The notes under the pieces: model-generated
The model's input: only the letters and a program-made list of their open reading frames with translations
Told to the model about the DNA's origin: nothing
Database searches by the model: none
Shown: in pieces, positions 9,475 through 18,592 of the stretch
Numbering within the stretch: the stretch's first letter is position 1
Layout of the letters: each line of letters begins with the position of its first letter
Translations under genes and position numbers: made by a program
Source: Eubacteriales bacterium
GTDB taxonomy: Bacteria > Bacillota > Clostridia > Oscillospirales > CAG-382
Length of the DNA: 64,000 nucleotides
Direction: 5' to 3'
Assembly (NCBI GenBank): GCA_045592105.1
Contig: JAZNUB010000045.1
Location: forward strand, 260-64,259

Positions 9475-10611
9475 TTAAACTACTGCACAAATCTCCTCCA
9501 CGGCAGATAAAAGCGCATCACAATCGGCTGTTGTGTTGCTTCTGTTTAAGCTAACACGCACCCCGCCGTAATGCCCGCTTCCCAAAGCGGAATGTGCCAA
9601 CGGCGCGCAATGTAAGCCGCCGCGAACGCAGATACCTCTTTCGGCAAGCAGCTCTGCCACCTTGTCAGACGGAGCAGAACCGATATTAAAAAGCACAACG
9701 GGCATATAGCGGCTGTTGGCCTCCGCACCGTACAAACGCACCCTTTTGTTGGCTTTAAGCCCGCTTATAAGCCTTTGCCGCAGGGCTTCCTCCTGCTTTT
9801 CGCATATTACAAGCTCTTTTACCGCCGCCGTAAGCCCTGCTATCCCCGTTATATTAACCGTGCCGGCTTCAAGCCTTTCGGGAAGCAGGCGCGGCATTGC
9901 CTTTTCTCGGCTTGCAACGCCCGTTCCGCCCTCTATTATGGTTGATAGCTGCAGCCTTCTTTGCGGGTTTACAATAAGCGCGCCCGTTCCCATTGGGCCT
10001 CCAAGCCCTTTATGGCCTGCCACGCATATTATGTCCGCGCCGATATCCTTTATATCTATCGGCATGTGCCCTGCGGTTTGCGCGCAGTCCACAATGGTAT
10101 GCGCCCCGTGGGATGCGGCTATCTCGCAAAGCTGTTTGGCGGGTAGGCAGATTCCGCAAACGTTAGAGGCATGTGTGAACACCGCGGTTTTCGCACCGCA
10201 CGCCATCGCTTTTTCAAACGCCTTCACGGTTTTTTCGTCGCTTTCAAAAGAGGGCGTAAAAAACTCTAATTTTATTTTACCCATCGCCGATAGCGAATAT
10301 AAGGGGCGCAGTACCGCGTTGTGCTCAAGCGTGGAGCATACAACCGTGCTTTTTTCGCGCACAATGCCCTTTATCGCCATATTCAGCGCAAGCGTTGCGC
10401 CTGAACACAGCACCACGTTTTCGGCGTTAGTGCCGAACAGCAAAGCCAACGCCTCCCTACAATCAAAAACGGCTTCGGAAGCGTTCACGGCAAGCGCGTG
10501 CCCACCTCTGCCGCCGTTTCCGCACCCGTAGAACGCCGCCTTCATAGCGGCAAAAACGCCGTCACTTTTCGGGAAAGACGTAGCGGCGTTATCCAGATAT
10601 ACAGTTTCCAT
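9475..10611 (-). CDS. Class V aminotransferase-fold PLP enzyme (cysteine desulfurase / selenocysteine lyase family)
   Basis: 378 aa. The PLP-lysine context is AGHKGLGGP and the candidate catalytic Cys sits in RGGLHCAP. Confidence 0.88.
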   Translation of the reverse strand: METVYLDNAATSFPKSDGVFAAMKAAFYGCGNGGRGGHALAVNASEAVFDCREALALLFGTNAENVVLCSGATLALNMAIKGIVREKSTVVCSTLEHNAVLRPLYSLSAMGKIKLEFFTPSFESDEKTVKAFEKAMACGAKTAVFTHASNVCGICLPAKQLCEIAASHGAHTIVDCAQTAGHMPIDIKDIGADIICVAGHKGLGGPMGTGALIVNPQRRLQLSTIIEGGTGVASREKAMPRLLPERLEAGTVNITGIAGLTAAVKELVICEKQEEALRQRLISGLKANKRVRLYGAEANSRYMPVVLFNIGSAPSDKVAELLAERGICVRGGLHCAPLAHSALGSGHYGGVRVSLNRSNTTADCDALLSAVEEICAVV

Positions 10612-10616
10612 AGATA

Positions 10617-10835
10617 TTAAGGCTCCTTCACCGTGCCCACAATGCTTACACCGTTGCTTTTCAGCAGCTCAACAGCTTCTGCCAGCCTACTGTCGTCGGA
10701 AAGGCGCAAGCCGTAGCCACAGCCTCTTAACGCGGTCACGGCGGCGGAACGGGTTAAGGCGGTGTGGATATACCTTGCCGCCAAAAGTCTTTGCGCCTTA
10801 ATAGCGTAAGTTACAGAAGTGAAAACCAATGTCAT
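10617..10835 (-). CDS. DUF3343-like small protein (putative S/Se carrier-like)
   Basis: 72 aa, placed 5 nt upstream of the desulfurase gene. The sequence pattern (AIKAQRLL ... LRGCGYGL) is like DUF3343 proteins that commonly pair with desulfurases. Confidence 0.65.
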   Translation of the reverse strand: MTLVFTSVTYAIKAQRLLAARYIHTALTRSAAVTALRGCGYGLRLSDDSRLAEAVELLKSNGVSIVGTVKEP

Positions 10836-10895
10836 TTGTCACCCGTCCTTTGCTTTGGGTTGTACCTCTATCAATATATGCATATCTTGTTGCGG

Positions 10896-10924
10896 TTGAC
10901 AACAACGCGGATTTGTGGTAAAAT
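10896..10924 (+). promoter_or_regulatory. SigA-type promoter upstream of mntP
   Basis: TTGACA (10896-10901), a 17-nt spacer, then TAAAAT (10919-10924) with TGG immediately upstream (extended -10). An AGAGGTGG RBS follows, then the TTG start at 10954. Confidence 0.65.
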
Positions 10925-10953
10925 TTTTTTAAATATCAAGAGGTGGTTTAAGT

Positions 10954-11535
10954 TTGAATTTAGGGTTAGTTATAAACAGCTTAGGGCTGGGCGTTAGCCT
11001 TGCTATGGATGCGTTTTCCGTTTCGCTTGCCAACGGGCTTAGCCAGCCGTGTATGAGCAAACGGAAAGAGCTTGGGATAGCAGGGATTTTTGCGTTCTTT
11101 CAGGCGTTGATGCCAATGATAGGCTGGGTGTGCGTTCATACGCTTGTAAGCTATTTTAAGGCGCTGGAAAAATACGTGCCGTGGGTGGCACTTGTTCTTT
11201 TGTTGTTTATCGGCGCAAAAATGGTTTGCGAGGGCGTAAAGGGCGATAACGAAAGCTGTGATTGCAAAAAGCTTGGCTTTGGTGCGCTGTTGGTGCAGGG
11301 TATTGCCACCTCGATAGATGCGCTGTCCGTTGGGTTCACTATTTCCGATTACCGCCTTCTGCAAGCACTCTCCGGCGCCGCAATAATCGGTGCTATAACC
11401 TTTGTTATATGCCTTGGCGGTATAGTAATAGGCAAAAAGGCGGGCACACGCCTTGCGGGCAAGGCAAGCATTTTGGGCGGATTGATACTTATGGTTATCG
11501 GTATAGAAATCTTTGTAAAGGGCGTTTTCTTTTAA
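10954..11535 (+). CDS. mntP: Manganese efflux pump MntP
   Basis: 193 aa with 6 TM helices and the duplicated DAFSVS/DALSVG motifs typical of MntP. It uses a TTG start with a good RBS. Confidence 0.88.
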   Translation: MNLGLVINSLGLGVSLAMDAFSVSLANGLSQPCMSKRKELGIAGIFAFFQALMPMIGWVCVHTLVSYFKALEKYVPWVALVLLLFIGAKMVCEGVKGDNESCDCKKLGFGALLVQGIATSIDALSVGFTISDYRLLQALSGAAIIGAITFVICLGGIVIGKKAGTRLAGKASILGGLILMVIGIEIFVKGVFF

Positions 11536-11554
11536 CGAATAAGCGGAGGTTGTT

Positions 11555-12931
11555 ATGGCGGCGTATTTAGCTATTGATATAGGTGCCTCCTCAGGTAGGC
11601 ACGTGCTTGGCAGTGTTGAAAACGGCAAGCTTTGCCTTAAGGAGATATATCGTTTTGAAAACGGATTTGTAAACGTAAACGGCACGCTTTCTTGGGATAC
11701 GGAAAAGCTGTTTGATTGCGTTTTGCAAGGGCTTGAGGCTTGCAAAGCTGTAGGCGTTATCCCCAAAACCGTGGCGATAGACACGTGGGGCGTGGATTAC
11801 GTTTTGCTGGACGAGGGCGGAAACGAGCTGTTTCCCGCCGTTTCTTATCGTGACGGTGCCGCCGCCGAGGCCGCAAAGCAGATGGAGGGCGTTTTAAGCC
11901 CCGCACGGCTTTATGCGAAAACAGGGATACAAAACCAAAGCTTTAACACGGTTTATCAGCTTTATCGTGACAAGCTGAACGGCAAGCTTTCAAAAGCAAA
12001 GCACTTTTTAATGATGCCCGATTATCTTGCGTACAGGCTAACGGGCAGGATGGCAAACGAATACACAAATGCCACTACCACAAGCCTTGTAAACGCCAAC
12101 GGCAGGGAATGGGATGCGGATATAATCGCCGCTTTAGGTCTGCCCAAGGAGCTGTTTTTGCCGCTTTCAGCCCCCACCAAGGTGCTTGGCGGCTTTAGCG
12201 AGGCTGTTAAGCAACGGCTTGGCTTTGATTGTACCGTGGTGCTGTGCCCCACGCACGATACCGCATCTGCCGTTGCCGCGTGCCCGATAGACGGTGGCGG
12301 GGTATATATATCCTCCGGTACCTGGAGCCTTATCGGTACCGAAAACGCAAGCCCCGTGGTAACGGACAAGGCGCGCACTGCCAACTTCACAAACGAGGGC
12401 GGAATAGAGTACAGATACAGGTTTTTGAAAAACATAATGGGTATGTGGCTTTTCCAAAGCGTGCGAAAAGAGCTGAACAATGCCTTAACCTACGACGAAA
12501 TGATGCACCTTGCAATGCAAAGCGACTTTACGGAAACAACAAACCCCAATTTGCCGCAGTACGTTGCACCGCAGAGCATGATAAGCGAGGTGCGTGCCAG
12601 CCTTGGCAAGCCTGAGCTACCGCTTGGGGACGTGCTTAACTGCCTTTACCATTCGCTTGCGCTGTCCTACAAGCAAGCGATAGAGGAGATGGAGGAGATA
12701 AGCGGCAAGAAGATAGAGTATATATTTATAGTTGGCGGCGGCAGCAAGGATGCGTATCTAAACACGCTTACCGCACGTTACACGGGTAAGCGCGTATACA
12801 CGGGGCTTACGGAAGCTACCGCAACGGGAAATATATTGGCACAGCTTATGGCGGATAAGAAAATAAGCCTTAAAGAGGCAAGGGGAATAGTTTCACACTC
12901 GTTTGAGATAAAGGAGTTTAAGGGGATATGA
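11555..12931 (+). CDS. rhaB: Rhamnulokinase
   Basis: 458 aa of the FGGY kinase family. The N-terminus (LAIDIGASSGRH) and overall similarity fit RhaB, and it is followed by rhaA and rhaD. Confidence 0.92.
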   Translation: MAAYLAIDIGASSGRHVLGSVENGKLCLKEIYRFENGFVNVNGTLSWDTEKLFDCVLQGLEACKAVGVIPKTVAIDTWGVDYVLLDEGGNELFPAVSYRDGAAAEAAKQMEGVLSPARLYAKTGIQNQSFNTVYQLYRDKLNGKLSKAKHFLMMPDYLAYRLTGRMANEYTNATTTSLVNANGREWDADIIAALGLPKELFLPLSAPTKVLGGFSEAVKQRLGFDCTVVLCPTHDTASAVAACPIDGGGVYISSGTWSLIGTENASPVVTDKARTANFTNEGGIEYRYRFLKNIMGMWLFQSVRKELNNALTYDEMMHLAMQSDFTETTNPNLPQYVAPQSMISEVRASLGKPELPLGDVLNCLYHSLALSYKQAIEEMEEISGKKIEYIFIVGGGSKDAYLNTLTARYTGKRVYTGLTEATATGNILAQLMADKKISLKEARGIVSHSFEIKEFKGI

Positions 12932-14163
12932 GCAGATACGATAGCGCAAAAAAGATATACTTAGGCTACGGAGTAGATACGGAAAAGGCACTTGATACGC
13001 TTAAAAACATAACCGTGTCGGTACATTGCTGGCAGGGGGACGACGTTACGGGCTTTGACAGTAGGGAGGCGTTGTCCGGCGGGATACAGGCAACAGGCAA
13101 CTACCCCGGCAAGGCAACCACGCCTGAGGAGCTTATGCAGGATTTTGACAAGGCGCTTTCCCTAATGGCGGGCAAGAAGAAGCTTAATCTGCACGCAAGC
13201 TACGCTATATTTGAAAACGGCGCGGCTGTTGGCAGAGACGCGATAGAGCCGAAGCATTTTGAAAAATGGGTGCAGTACGCGAAGGAGCGCGGCTTGGGGC
13301 TTGATTTTAACCCCACTTTCTTTTCGCACCCGATGGTTAAGGATAACCTAACGCTGTCCTCGCCCGATGAAGAGGTGCGCGCCTACTGGGTGCGCCACGG
13401 TAAAGCGTGTGTGCGTATAGCGCAGTATTTTGCTGAGGAAACGGGCATCCCCTGCGTTATGAATATATGGATACCCGATGGGTATAAGGATATCCCTGCG
13501 GATAGGCTATCTCCGAGAGCACGCTTTAAAAAATCGCTGGACGAGATACTATCGGAGCCTTACGACAAGGAAAAGGTTTATATAACGCTTGAATCCAAGG
13601 TGTTTGGCATAGGGCTTGAAAGCTACACCGTTGGCTCGGCAGAGTTTTGCCTTTCCTATTCCGCCGCAAGGGGCATAACCCCGCTTATGGATAACGGCCA
13701 TTATCACCCCACGGAGATGGTTAGCGACAAGATATCCTCGCTGTTGCTGTTTAACAAGAAGCTTGCTTTGCACGTAACGCGCCCCGTAAGATGGGATAGC
13801 GACCACGTTGTGCTTTTTGATGATGAAACGCGAGAGATAGCAAAAGAGATAGTTGCCGCAAACGCGCTGGAGAATGTGTTTATAGCAACGGATTATTTTG
13901 ATGCCTCCATAAACCGCATTGCCGCTTGGGTAACGGGCGTTAGAAGCGTGCAGAAGGCGCTTTTGTATGCGCTTTTGCTGCCTGAGGAGCTTAAGGATTT
14001 GCAGGCAGAGGGCAACTTAACAAAGCTGCTTGTTATGCAGGAGGAGCTTAAGTGTGCGCCCTTTGGCGATATTTGGGAGGAGTTTTTAAGCCGCGAGGGC
14101 GTAAACAGCAACTACCTTGCTGAGATAGAAAAGTACGAAAAGGAAGTTTTGGTGAACAGATAA
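12928..14163 (+). CDS. rhaA: L-rhamnose isomerase
   Basis: 411 aa with the motif VHCWQGDDVTGF characteristic of RhaA. It overlaps rhaB by 4 nt. Confidence 0.94.
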   Translation: MSRYDSAKKIYLGYGVDTEKALDTLKNITVSVHCWQGDDVTGFDSREALSGGIQATGNYPGKATTPEELMQDFDKALSLMAGKKKLNLHASYAIFENGAAVGRDAIEPKHFEKWVQYAKERGLGLDFNPTFFSHPMVKDNLTLSSPDEEVRAYWVRHGKACVRIAQYFAEETGIPCVMNIWIPDGYKDIPADRLSPRARFKKSLDEILSEPYDKEKVYITLESKVFGIGLESYTVGSAEFCLSYSAARGITPLMDNGHYHPTEMVSDKISSLLLFNKKLALHVTRPVRWDSDHVVLFDDETREIAKEIVAANALENVFIATDYFDASINRIAAWVTGVRSVQKALLYALLLPEELKDLQAEGNLTKLLVMQEELKCAPFGDIWEEFLSREGVNSNYLAEIEKYEKEVLVNR

Positions 14164-14975
14164 TGAAAGATATACTAACAGCCCCATTCGTTAAGGAAAT
14201 GATGAAAACCACCGCAAATATGTACCGCCTGGGTTGGGATGAGCGCAACGGCGGCAATATAAGCTATATGCTTGATACCGAGGAGGTTGCAAAGTATCTT
14301 GACCTTAACAAGGTGCTTCGCACTATCCCCATAGGCTTTAATGCGTTAGAGCTTGCGGGCAGGATTTTTATAGTAACAGGCACGGGCAAGTATTTTAAAA
14401 ACGTGGAGGATGACCCCGAAACCAACCTTGGCATCCTTCGTATAACCGAGGACGGTACCGCGGTAGACCTGCTTTGGGGCTATAAGGACGGCGGCAAGTT
14501 CACCTCCGAGCTACCTGCACATCTTATGAGCCATATCGCGCGCCTAAAGGCAGACGGAGAGAACCGCATAATAATGCATTGCCACCCCACAAACACGCTT
14601 GCTATGACCTATGTGCATCCTCTAAACGAAAAGGATTTTACGCACACGCTTTGGCAGATGTGTACCGAGTGCATCGTTGTATTTCCCGACGGTGTAGGCG
14701 TGCTTCCTTGGATGCTTTGCGGCACTAACGAGATAGGCGAGGCAACGGCAGAGAAGATGAAGCAGTTTAGGCTTGTGGTTTGGGGTATGCACGGCATATA
14801 CGGCGCAGGCAGAAATATGGACGAAACCTTCGGGCTTATAGAAACCGTGGAGAAGGCGGCGCAGGTTTATATGCTTACAGCGCACCTGCCGCGCGTTAAT
14901 ACTATAACGGACAGCCAGCTTGAGGTGCTTGCAAAGCACTTTGGCGTGTCTTACAGAAAAGACTTTTTAGGGTAA
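14163..14975 (+). CDS. rhaD: Rhamnulose-1-phosphate aldolase
   Basis: 270 aa with the motif GWDERNGGNIS as in RhaD (class II aldolase). There is a 1-nt overlap with the rhaA stop. Confidence 0.93.
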   Translation: MKDILTAPFVKEMMKTTANMYRLGWDERNGGNISYMLDTEEVAKYLDLNKVLRTIPIGFNALELAGRIFIVTGTGKYFKNVEDDPETNLGILRITEDGTAVDLLWGYKDGGKFTSELPAHLMSHIARLKADGENRIIMHCHPTNTLAMTYVHPLNEKDFTHTLWQMCTECIVVFPDGVGVLPWMLCGTNEIGEATAEKMKQFRLVVWGMHGIYGAGRNMDETFGLIETVEKAAQVYMLTAHLPRVNTITDSQLEVLAKHFGVSYRKDFLG

Positions 14976-14985
14976 AAAAGAAAAA

Positions 14986-15021
14986 GGGTCTGTATCAAAT
15001 CGTTCGATTTGATACAGACCC
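14986..15021. terminator. Bidirectional hairpin between convergent rhaD and aroF, and a member of the TGTATCAAATC palindromic repeat family
   Basis: gggtctgtatcaaatc gttc gatttgatacagaccc forms a 16-bp perfect stem. An A-run upstream gives CTTTTTCTTTTTT on the minus strand after the aro operon. Confidence 0.8.
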
Positions 15022-15028
15022 TATCTTA

Positions 15029-16060
15029 TTAAAGCATATCCGCAAGCTCAAGCAGCAAGCGTTCCGTTTTCTTCCAGCCTAAGCAGGGGTCGGTTATGGA
15101 TTTACCGTAAACACCCTCGCCTATCTTTTGTGCGCCGTCCTCTATATAGCTTTCTATCATCATACCCTTAACAAGCTTTTTGATATCTGCATTGTAGCGG
15201 CAGTTGTTTATTATTTCCTTGGCTATACGTATCTGCTCAAGAGGCTTTTTGCCGGAGTTTGCGTGGTTACAGTCTATAATAACGCCGGGGTTTTTAAGGT
15301 CGCTCTTTTCTGCGTAAGCACCGCAAAGGAACAAAAGGTCCTCGTAGTGGTAGTTGGGAAGCGATTGACCGTGCTTATTAACGTAGCCGCGAAGGATTGC
15401 GTGCGCGTAGGGGTTGCCTTGGGAGTGCGCCTCCCACCCGCGATAGATAAAGGTGTGCTTATGCTGTGCGGCTGTTATGGAGTTCATCATAACGGAAATA
15501 TCGCCGCTTGTGGGGTTCTTCATACCAACGGGGGTATCAAGCCCGCTTGCGGTAAGGCGGTGCTGTTGGTCCTCCACAGAGCGCGCGCCTATTGCAATGT
15601 AGCCTATCAGGTCGTCAAGATACTTGGTGTTTTCGGGGTACAGCATCTCGTCCGCGCAGGAGAAGCCCGTTTCTTTTATAGCGCGAATGTGCAGCTCGCG
15701 GATGGTTACTATGCCCTTAAACATATCGGGCTTGCCTTCGGGGTTGGGCTGGTGCAGTATGCCCTTGTAGCCGTCGCCCGTTGTACGCGGCTTGTTGGTG
15801 TATATGCGCGGAACGATGTATATTTTATCTATTATCTTTTCCTGCAAAACGCGAAGACGGCTAATATAATCAATAACGCTGTCCTCATTATCCGCAGAGC
15901 AGGGGCCTATTATCATAAGCAGCCTGTCGTCCTTGCCGCTGAGGATGGCTTTAATCTCTCTGTCACGCTTTTGCACTATCTCCGACATCTCGCCCGTAAG
16001 CGGGTACATCTCCTTAACCTCCATCGGAATAGCAAGCTTTCTTTCAAATTGCATGTTCAT
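15029..16060 (-). CDS. aroF: 3-deoxy-7-phosphoheptulonate (DAHP) synthase, class I
   Basis: 343 aa with the IIGPCSADNEDSV motif and length typical of class I-alpha DAHP synthases. Confidence 0.92.
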   Translation of the reverse strand: MNMQFERKLAIPMEVKEMYPLTGEMSEIVQKRDREIKAILSGKDDRLLMIIGPCSADNEDSVIDYISRLRVLQEKIIDKIYIVPRIYTNKPRTTGDGYKGILHQPNPEGKPDMFKGIVTIRELHIRAIKETGFSCADEMLYPENTKYLDDLIGYIAIGARSVEDQQHRLTASGLDTPVGMKNPTSGDISVMMNSITAAQHKHTFIYRGWEAHSQGNPYAHAILRGYVNKHGQSLPNYHYEDLLFLCGAYAEKSDLKNPGVIIDCNHANSGKKPLEQIRIAKEIINNCRYNADIKKLVKGMMIESYIEDGAQKIGEGVYGKSITDPCLGWKKTERLLLELADML

Positions 16061-16084
16061 AATATATACCTTCTTTGTTGTAAA

Positions 16085-16963
16085 TTATTTTTTATCAAAC
16101 CAAGCGCGCCTTTCGGTGGATAGGCGCATTTTTGCCCTCATCCCTTCGGTATCGCCGTTTTCAAGCATACCGCGGAAAGCCGTAAACTCCTCTAAAAAAG
16201 CATCCATCTGCCTAAGAAGCGCTTCCTTGTTCATATTGAACAGCTCGCTCCACATAGCGTCGTTTATCCGTGCGATACGCGTTAGGTCACGGAACGAGTC
16301 ACCCGTGTAGTCCACAAGCCGCTTGTTATCACAGCAGGTCATAAGCGATACCGCAATGCAGTGCGTTAGCTGGGATACAAAGCCTATTATCTCATCGTGC
16401 TCCTCAGGCGTTAGCACGCTTATCCGCGCAAAGCCAAGCATCGCACCCAAGTCCTTGCAAAGCTCAATAGCGCCGTGGGTGTTTTTTGCGGTGGGTACAA
16501 CTATATAGTTTGCACCGTAAAACATAGTTTCCGTGCTGTTTTCAACGCCGTACACCTCGCGTCCTGCCATAGGATGCGCCGCTATAAACTCCGCATCGGG
16601 GCGGAGGATATCCTGCACCTCGTATACAACGCTGCCTTTCACACCTGTAACGTCCGTTATTATAACGCCGCTTTTAAAATGCTGCTGGTTATCCTTTATC
16701 CATTGCACAAACACCTTCGGATACAAGCCGAATATAACAAGGTCTGCCGCGTTTATAAGGCGCGGGTCGGGCGTTATGGAGCCTGCATCTATTATCCCGT
16801 GCTCTATCGCGTAGTTTATGGTTTCCTGTTTGCGGGATATTGCCGTTACCGTAAAGCCCAAGCGTTTAAGAGCCTTCGCATAGCTGCCGCCCATCAAGCC
16901 AAGCCCCACTATAAGCACGCGCATCTTCTTATTAATAAGCATTTTAAAGCCGTTTTCACTCAT
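16085..16963 (-). CDS. tyrA: Prephenate dehydrogenase
   Basis: It has a Rossmann motif (VGLGLMGGS) and an HPMAG motif. The start was trimmed to ATG 16963 (MSENG), which has a GAGGTG RBS 8 nt upstream. Confidence 0.9.
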   Translation of the reverse strand: MSENGFKMLINKKMRVLIVGLGLMGGSYAKALKRLGFTVTAISRKQETINYAIEHGIIDAGSITPDPRLINAADLVIFGLYPKVFVQWIKDNQQHFKSGVIITDVTGVKGSVVYEVQDILRPDAEFIAAHPMAGREVYGVENSTETMFYGANYIVVPTAKNTHGAIELCKDLGAMLGFARISVLTPEEHDEIIGFVSQLTHCIAVSLMTCCDNKRLVDYTGDSFRDLTRIARINDAMWSELFNMNKEALLRQMDAFLEEFTAFRGMLENGDTEGMRAKMRLSTERRAWFDKK

Positions 16964-18158
16964 ATATATCACACCTCACGTTAATTTGCTTAAGCATATC
17001 AAAAAACGAAGGCAGGCTTTTATTAACAGCCTCTATCCCTTCTATCGCGCCGCCAACGGTTGATAGCAGTACGGTCAGCGCCATAACAACGCGGTGGTCG
17101 TTATGCCCGCAAAGCGGCTCCGTAGGCGCACACACTCCGTTTTCAACGGTTATGCGGTTATCCTCCACGGTAACGCGCACACCGCATTTTTCAAGCTCCC
17201 TTGCCATCGCCGCGCCGCGGTCACTTTCCTTTATTTTAAGGCGTGCCGTGCCTGTAAATACACCGCCGTTTTTGCAAGCGGCAAGCGCAAACAGCACGGG
17301 CCCTAAATCGGGGCAATCCGCTATATCAAGCGTTGGCTTGCTTAGCGAAAGCATTGGAAAATACATTTTATAAACCCTGTCACCCTGAAGGCTGTTTCTG
17401 TCAAGCCCGTTTATCGTAACCGCGCCGCCAAGATAGTTGAAGGCGTCAAAAAACGCGGCGTTGGAGTAATCCCCCTCTACCGAAAGCGAACGGCAAATAT
17501 ACTTTTGCCCACCTTTAATATAAAGGCTTCTTTCGTTTTTCCAATAGGCACTTACGCCGAAGCTGTTAAGTGCCGAAAGCGTCATATCAATATATGGCTT
17601 GCTTTCTATTTTGCCCGTTAGGTGTAGCACGCTGTCCCCCTCCGCAAGCGGAAGCGCAAACAACAGCCCGCTTATAAATTGGCTGGATACGTTTGCCGGC
17701 AGGGAATAGGTGCCGCTTTTTATTACGCCCTTAACCTTTAAAACGCCACCCTCAAGGCTGTATTGCAAGCCGTTTTTCTCACACATAGCCTTGTATATAT
17801 CCAAAGGCCGCGCCATAAGACGGCTGCTGCCCGTTAGGGTGCTTTCCGTATCGGAAAGCAGGCATATAGGCACGAAAAACCTAAGCGTACTGCCGCATTC
17901 GTTGCAGTTAAGAGTTTCTTGCGGCTTTATGCTACCGTTGCCGTGTACCGTTACCGTGCCGTTTGAGTATTCGCACTCAACACCAAGCGATTTTAAACAG
18001 CTTATGGTTGCCTTAATGTCCTCCGAGGCTTCAACCCCGCTTATAACGCTAACACCGTTTGCAAGCCCCGCGCAGATAAGTAGCCTGTGCGCCATGCTTT
18101 TGGAGGGCGGTGCTGTTATAACGCCCTTTGCGGCGGATTTGTGTATCAACGCTTTCAT
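16956..18158 (-). CDS. aroA: 3-phosphoshikimate 1-carboxyvinyltransferase (EPSP synthase)
   Basis: 400 aa with PPSKSMAHR and LGCEC-like EPSPS motifs. It shares a TAATG overlap with aroQ. Confidence 0.93.
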   Translation of the reverse strand: MKALIHKSAAKGVITAPPSKSMAHRLLICAGLANGVSVISGVEASEDIKATISCLKSLGVECEYSNGTVTVHGNGSIKPQETLNCNECGSTLRFFVPICLLSDTESTLTGSSRLMARPLDIYKAMCEKNGLQYSLEGGVLKVKGVIKSGTYSLPANVSSQFISGLLFALPLAEGDSVLHLTGKIESKPYIDMTLSALNSFGVSAYWKNERSLYIKGGQKYICRSLSVEGDYSNAAFFDAFNYLGGAVTINGLDRNSLQGDRVYKMYFPMLSLSKPTLDIADCPDLGPVLFALAACKNGGVFTGTARLKIKESDRGAAMARELEKCGVRVTVEDNRITVENGVCAPTEPLCGHNDHRVVMALTVLLSTVGGAIEGIEAVNKSLPSFFDMLKQINVRCDIYE

Positions 18159-18592
18159 TAGCCTTTACCGCCTTCCATAAGAAGGCGCATAGCTTCTGTA
18201 TAGCCGTTTATGCCGTGCCCCGTTATCGTGGCGATGCAAGCAAGCCTTACATAGCTTATCTGCCTAAAGTCCTCACGTTCTTCTACCTTTGATATGTGAA
18301 CCTCAACCGTGGGGATGCCAACCGCCTTTAAAGCATCAAGCAAAGCAATGCTTGTGTGCGTGTACGCACCGGGGTTTATCACTATCCCGTCCACATTACC
18401 GTACGCCTCTTGTATCTTGTCCACAAGCGCGCCCTCGTGGTTGGATTGGTATATCTCTGCCTCTATCCCGTTTTCGCTTGCAAACGCACATATTTTATCG
18501 CATAGCGTTTTGTAGTTTTGGCTTCCGTATACGGCGGGCTCTCTTATCCCCAGCATATTGATGTTTGGCCCGTTTATTACAAGAATCTTCAA
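18158..18592 (-). CDS. aroQ: Type II 3-dehydroquinate dehydratase
   Basis: 144 aa with the motifs LVINGPNINMLG, QSNHEG and INPGAYTHTS. Confidence 0.95.
   Translation of the reverse strand: MKILVINGPNINMLGIREPAVYGSQNYKTLCDKICAFASENGIEAEIYQSNHEGALVDKIQEAYGNVDGIVINPGAYTHTSIALLDALKAVGIPTVEVHISKVEEREDFRQISYVRLACIATITGHGINGYTEAMRLLMEGGKG

Noticed and set aside
10836-10953. A yybP-ykoY manganese riboswitch upstream of mntP.
   Set aside because: The intergenic region is only 118 nt and holds two divergent promoters. The transcribed leader is about 25 nt, and no conserved riboswitch core motifs were seen.
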